Assembly (NCBI GenBank): GCA_052327205.1
Contig: CM126204.1
Span: 352,842,001 to 352,906,000 of the forward strand
Direction of reading: 5' to 3'
DNA from: Somniosus microcephalus
Taxonomy: Eukaryota
DNA length: 64,000 nt
A program made the position numbers and the translations under genes. The notes under the pieces were generated by a model. The model was given only the letters and a program-made list of their open reading frames with translations. It searched no databases and had not been told where the DNA came from. This document shows, piece after piece, positions 60,839 through 64,000 of this stretch (its first letter is position 1; every line of letters starts with the position of its first letter).

Positions 60839-61639
60839 TAAGGAATCAAGGCCAAGTGTGATCTTCCAATGAGGTAGGGTTAGAGGACGGGGGAATTGGA
60901 GCAGGGTGTGCAGATGTAATCAGTCCCCATTTTAAAGTCACATATTTTGTCTTTATCTTTACATGATACTTTTATTTACTATTACTATTTATAATTAAAA
61001 TAGAAAAATGCACAGTAATTTGAGAAGTAAAGCTGTATGGGTCACAAGAGTTTCTCTGCAGTACAGAATGAAGAGCTGGGAGATGCAAGACTCAAGTGTT
61101 ACAGTGTCACCACCAGCACGAAGGTGTTGTTGCAGCGTGACAAGTTTACGTTGGGAGTTTCAATTGTAAATGTGGATGTGGAGATTTATAATGGAAAGCA
61201 CTGACAGGAAGTATGCACGGATGTAAAATTATAACAAAAAACATCTGCACATACTTCCTAGCTGCACCACTTGACTTCCTGTCTTCATGTTTTAGAATCA
61301 TAGAATAGTACAACACTTTTTGTCAGCTTTTCCCATTCTTAAAATCCAATGGGGGAAACATTTGTCCCCTTAGCTCCTCCCATTAGCACCAGTAGATGGC
61401 ACTAATGGGGTGCTAGAGCAGTATCGCCCAGGCGTGGTGAATCCAGCGCCGCACGTCAAATCCGGCGCCCCCATAGCGCCGCCGGTAAGAGGAATCGCCA
61501 GGTATTTCATGACGTCAGTGAGTGCGCAATGGTCACTGACCGCCCAATTTGCAAAATTGATTCTTGCCACTTACCTCACCGCCTGGAGTAAACACCGACA
61601 GGGAGAGCTGGCGTGCAGCACCAGGAAGCCGGCTCCAAG

Positions 61640-63721
61640 AGTAGTGTATGTACCTTTAAGACAGAACTACTTTTACAGCTCCTGTATACTGTAGTACCGG
61701 CAGTGACCACACCTGTATATAAGCCTTGCGCATGCCTCTGTACCCCCAGTCTTGAGACTACCCTCCACCAGTAAATACCTGTTGATTGTTAAGTTACAGC
61801 ATCCGTGTGGTTATTGAAAAACATCATACTCTCAGAATCACGGATCTAACAGTGGCGATGAGTGTCAATTCGAATCTACCTGCAACTCTGCATTTCCCTT
61901 CGAGGAGTCACTCCGGGAGGGCGGTGGAAGCAAGTCGAGGCCAGAAACACGTGCGTCGACCACGAGCAACCGCCCAGTCGTCCGGCAGAGAGTGAACATC
62001 GCAGGGGAGGCTGTGGAGAGCCGGGCTTGGTTCCCCAGCCACGACGATCAGCAAGAGACTGACGACAGGTACAGCGCAGATCCTTCCCGGACAGCGGTGG
62101 CTGGAGCCGACCGACGGCAGAGAGAAAGCCGAGCAGCGTCGACGGGGTAAGACAGAGGGTGAAGCGCACAGGGCGCAGCCGGGGGTTGAAAACCGAGCAG
62201 CGTCGAGAGAAAAAAAAAATGGAGAGAGAGAGGGTAAAGCAACAGCCGGGTTCAGGACCGAGCGGCGGGAACGGGAAAGGCACACAAAAAAAAGAACGCG
62301 CAGAGCACATCCAGGGCTCAAGGGCTGAACGGTGTCCGCGGGGAGAAGAAGGGAGAGCGCGGGAGATGCCATTGAGCTGCGGAGAAGAAGGAAGAGCGCG
62401 GGAGATGCCATTTTTAGAAGCCGCAGCGGAGAAGAAGGGCGAGCGCGGGAAGGAAGGGGAAGCGCGGGAGATGCCATTTTTGACAGTTAAATCACACCCA
62501 GGGATGCCGAAGAGTGGCAGTATCTCTACGTTCGACAATGAAGTCGAAGATTGGGCAACATATGTGGAACGTATTGAGGTGTACTGCAGGGCGAATGAAG
62601 TGCCAGATGCTAGGAAAGCACTGGTTTTGTTAAATTCCATGGGTGCAAAAACTTTTGGGTTACTGCGGAACCTAATAACCCCAGAGAAGCCAGTGAACAA
62701 GAATTTCGAAAGCATAGTAGAAATCCTACAGGACCACTTAAACGCCATACCGCTGCTGATAGCAGAACGATTTAAGTTCCATAAAAGGAACCAACACAAA
62801 GACGAAAGCAATGCTGAGTACCTAACGGAACTACGCAAGCTATCGAAACACTGCCAGTTTGGAGCGGGACTAGCAGATACGTTAAGGGGCAAGTTTGTGT
62901 ATGGGCTGCAAAGTGAAGGAACCCAGAAACGGCTTCTATCAGAAAGGGATCTTACGCTGGACAAGGCTTTCAGTATGGCAGTATCACACGAAGCAGCCGC
63001 AAGGGGCGCTGCAGAGATACAACGGAGACCGCAAGAATATGGCACCAATTAAATGTCCTATGGAACAGGGAAGTGCTATCGCTGCGACAGAACAACACAT
63101 GACCAGAAGGATTGTTGGTTCAAGGACCAAGTGTGCAGACTGTGTGGAAAAGCAGGACACATAGCAAGAGTCTGCAGGTCTGGGAAGAAAACCAACAGTA
63201 AGAAATCTCCACAGGAGAAGTACAAAAAGGTACACAAGGTGATGGACAGTAGTTCAGATGAACAGAAAAGTGACGCAGACTCCGGAAACAAGGTTGTCTG
63301 AAACTACATAAGGTAACCAAAATGGAGGATCACCAGACTATCTGGGTTACACTCAAGATAGACGGAGTCCAAGTGAAAATGGAATTGGACACAGGATCAG
63401 CCCTAACAGTCATAAACCAAAGGGACTACAAGCGGCTATTTTCACATATACCCTTGAAAGCTACAGAGATTGAATATTAGGGGTACTACTAATCTAAAAG
63501 GGGAGGAATTGTAGTGTATGTACCTTTAAGACAGAACTACTTTTACAGCTCCTGTATACTGTAGTACCGGCAGTGACCACACCTGTATATAAGCCTTGCG
63601 CATGCCTCTGTACCCCCAGTCTTGAGACTACCCTCCACCAGTAAATACCTGTTGATTGTTAAGTTACAGCATCCGTGTGGTTATTGAAAAACATCATACT
63701 CTCAGAATCACGGATCTAACA
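61640..63721 (+). mobile_element. Gag-only non-autonomous Gypsy LTR element D
   Basis: 212-bp LTRs 61640-61851 and 63510-63721 (differ only at the first base by eye); TSD ccaag; PBS TGGCGATGAG; PPT aaaaggggaggaat. Confidence 0.93.
62504..63480 (+). pseudogene. gag plus truncated protease of element D
   Basis: MPKSGSISTFD..., stop at 63050, two CCHC knuckles, frameshift near 63300, ELDTGS, then truncation just before the PPT. Confidence 0.85.
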
Positions 63722-64000
63722 CCAAGGACGTTATTTAAAGGGATCATCAGTAATCACTTGCAGCTGTCAGGTTAGTGCAGTTTCAATGTTTTTTTTGTTA
63801 GTTTCACCCACTGCAAAAGTTTCATTAATTAATTTCAAGGTTCTTTTGTATCAGGAGCCTTCTGGCAACTAAAAAGTAATTACATTTATTCTTCAAAGAT
63901 TCAAACTGCTACACTTGGTAACATTACGGTGAAGGGAGCGTAGGCAGCGAGAAATACGGGAAGATATGCACAGAGAGGTGAGGAGGGACATCAGGGCTCT

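Noticed and set aside
61876-63048. 390-aa antisense ORF over the leader and gag of element D
   Set aside because: No recognisable domain, and not preserved as one ORF in A, B or C.

Overview
Repeat-dense vertebrate genomic DNA, most likely cartilaginous fish (HE1/V-SINE and Deu-domain SINEs, CR1 and Penelope-like families). I found no confidently intact host gene. The window contains CR1, RTE and L2/CR1-like LINE remnants, Penelope-like elements with hammerhead-ribozyme-like motifs, two PIF/Harbinger transposons with spliced Myb/SANT genes, several MITEs, five solo LTRs, a 2.4-kb 20-bp minisatellite, and five Gypsy/Ty3 LTR elements. The main finding is a pair of young non-autonomous Gypsy elements (B: 47315-51887, minus; C: 52941-57818, plus). 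Each has LTRs, PBS, PPT and a TSD, but RT/RNase H/integrase are replaced, in frame with Gag-protease, by an intronless mosaic resembling host genes: STK10/SLK coiled coil, optineurin (LIR motif present in B), ANKRD24/RAI14-family coiled coil (C only, in scrambled order) and a DNAJC21-type C2H2 zinc finger. A related full-length element (A, 35843-41008) and a gag-only derivative (D, 61640-63721) lie nearby. Host-gene assignments come from my recall of vertebrate protein sequences and need BLAST confirmation. Mismatch counts are by eye.
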